Positions 62,673 to 64,000 of a DNA stretch of 64,000 bases are shown here, one piece after another. Numbering within the stretch: position 1 is the first letter of the stretch; every line of letters starts with the position of its first letter. Made by a program: the position numbers and the translations under genes. The stretch is from Amoebidium appalachense (taxonomy: Eukaryota > Protista > Ichthyosporea), in NCBI GenBank assembly GCA_963693365.1, contig CAVNZM010000009.1, positions 4,966,245-5,030,244 of the forward strand, written 5' to 3'. The notes beneath the pieces are model-generated. The model worked only from the letters and a program-made list of their open reading frames with translations, was not told the DNA's origin and searched no databases.

Positions 62673-63623
62673 AGAAAGAGGGGGGGGGGGGGGGGGGGGG
62701 AGGAGAAGAAACAATTCGGATGCACACACATGCACATCCAACCCACACAGCATACATGCACCGCGAAAAGGGATATAATCCCCATGCTATTCCAGATACG
62801 CAAAAGGTGATACTGACATGACACACACACGCACAGGCAGCCATGGTTACGTTCCAGAACAGAGAATACAACCGTACCCAGTGGATGCTCAAAGGTACCA
62901 CGAGCAACATCTGCAGATTTGTCAGAGCATACAGCTCTTATTTGGTATAAGAGACCCCCCCCCCCCCCCTCCCCCCCCCCCCCCCCCCCCCCCCCTTCCC
63001 CCCACCCACCCACCCTTCCCCCTCCCTTTCTCTCCCCCACCTCCCAGTTCCCCCCTCGCCGATTTGTTTTGAAAGGAGCATGGGGGGCTCCTGACCGTGT
63101 TCGGAGCATAATTCTCCTGCAGCGGTTCTTGAGTGAATAAGTAACATAAAGACATCAGTCTCGAAACCAGGGTTATTTATATCCGGCAGTATCTTTTTTT
63201 TTGTTGGTGGTGGCAGTGGTGGTGGTGGTGGTGTAGGGGGGGGGGGGTATATTAAGCTTCAATGACGGAGGGCAGAGAGGGAGGGGAAGTTTGTGGAAAA
63301 GGGTCCTTTTTGTCTTGAAGAAACTTAGCAGAGGCGATAGGTGTCCAAGGAATTTATGATAGCGGAGAAGGAGCATTTTTTATATATATTAAGAATAGAA
63401 AAGGAGTCAGAGAGATGACCGAGAGAGAGGGGGGGGGGGGGGGGGGGGGGGGGATGGTGAAAGATTGAGGAATGGAGAAAATCCGGGGGCGGGGAAGGGA
63501 CGGGGGGGGGGGGGGGGGGGTGAGAAGATAGCAGGGACTTATCAGTTTGGGTGTTCCCATCAGGAAGGTGCAAGGGTGCTAGAAGAAGAAACACCGGATT
63601 TGTTGGGTCGGTACCCCTCCCCC

Positions 63624-63654
<31 letters not shown>

Positions 63655-64000
63655 AACCACCCTCAGGTGTCCACATATATTGGGCCTGCAAGCCTCTACA
63701 GGTGTATGTGTACGCACACACAACAGCCAACACGCACATACACACACACACACACACACACCACATACTGCTTGCGCACACACACACCATGCATGCACAC
63801 CGCCAGGCACACAGACACACACACGGCAGATGCACCCACCCACACACACGTAGACGAGCTCAAGCACCCACACCCGCACAAGTGTGCACATATCGCGCCT
63901 TCTCAACCCCCTCCCCCCACTCCCCCCTCTCCTCTCCTCCCGTCCCCCCATCATCCCTCTTTGCAAAAATTGTTGATCCAACCATCTTACCCGTCATTTG

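Overview
Eukaryotic genomic DNA in which a giant-virus (NCLDV)-derived region meets host sequence. Bases 1 to ~29,500 are gene-dense, intronless and CpG-rich. They encode an A22-type RuvC Holliday-junction resolvase, a Nudix hydrolase, an SF3/DUF5906-like helicase, a penton/minor-capsid-like gene, KilA-N/Bro-like/T5orf172 mosaic genes, three PD-(D/E)xK paralogs, two putative cysteine proteases and several small membrane proteins. This is best read as a giant endogenous viral element (GEVE). A conserved AGGTATAAAAG box sits 35-55 nt before several viral starts. From ~29.5 to 43 kb the DNA is microsatellite-rich but still carries virus-like genes and repeats, plus a 7-exon KDM4-like JmjN/JmjC histone demethylase. 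Beyond ~43 kb it is host-like: a secreted beta-helix protein, an F-box/LRR pseudogene, and intron-rich ELP6 and CDC23. All family calls are by eye from motifs; no searches were run. Frameshifts in homopolymer runs may be sequencing errors.
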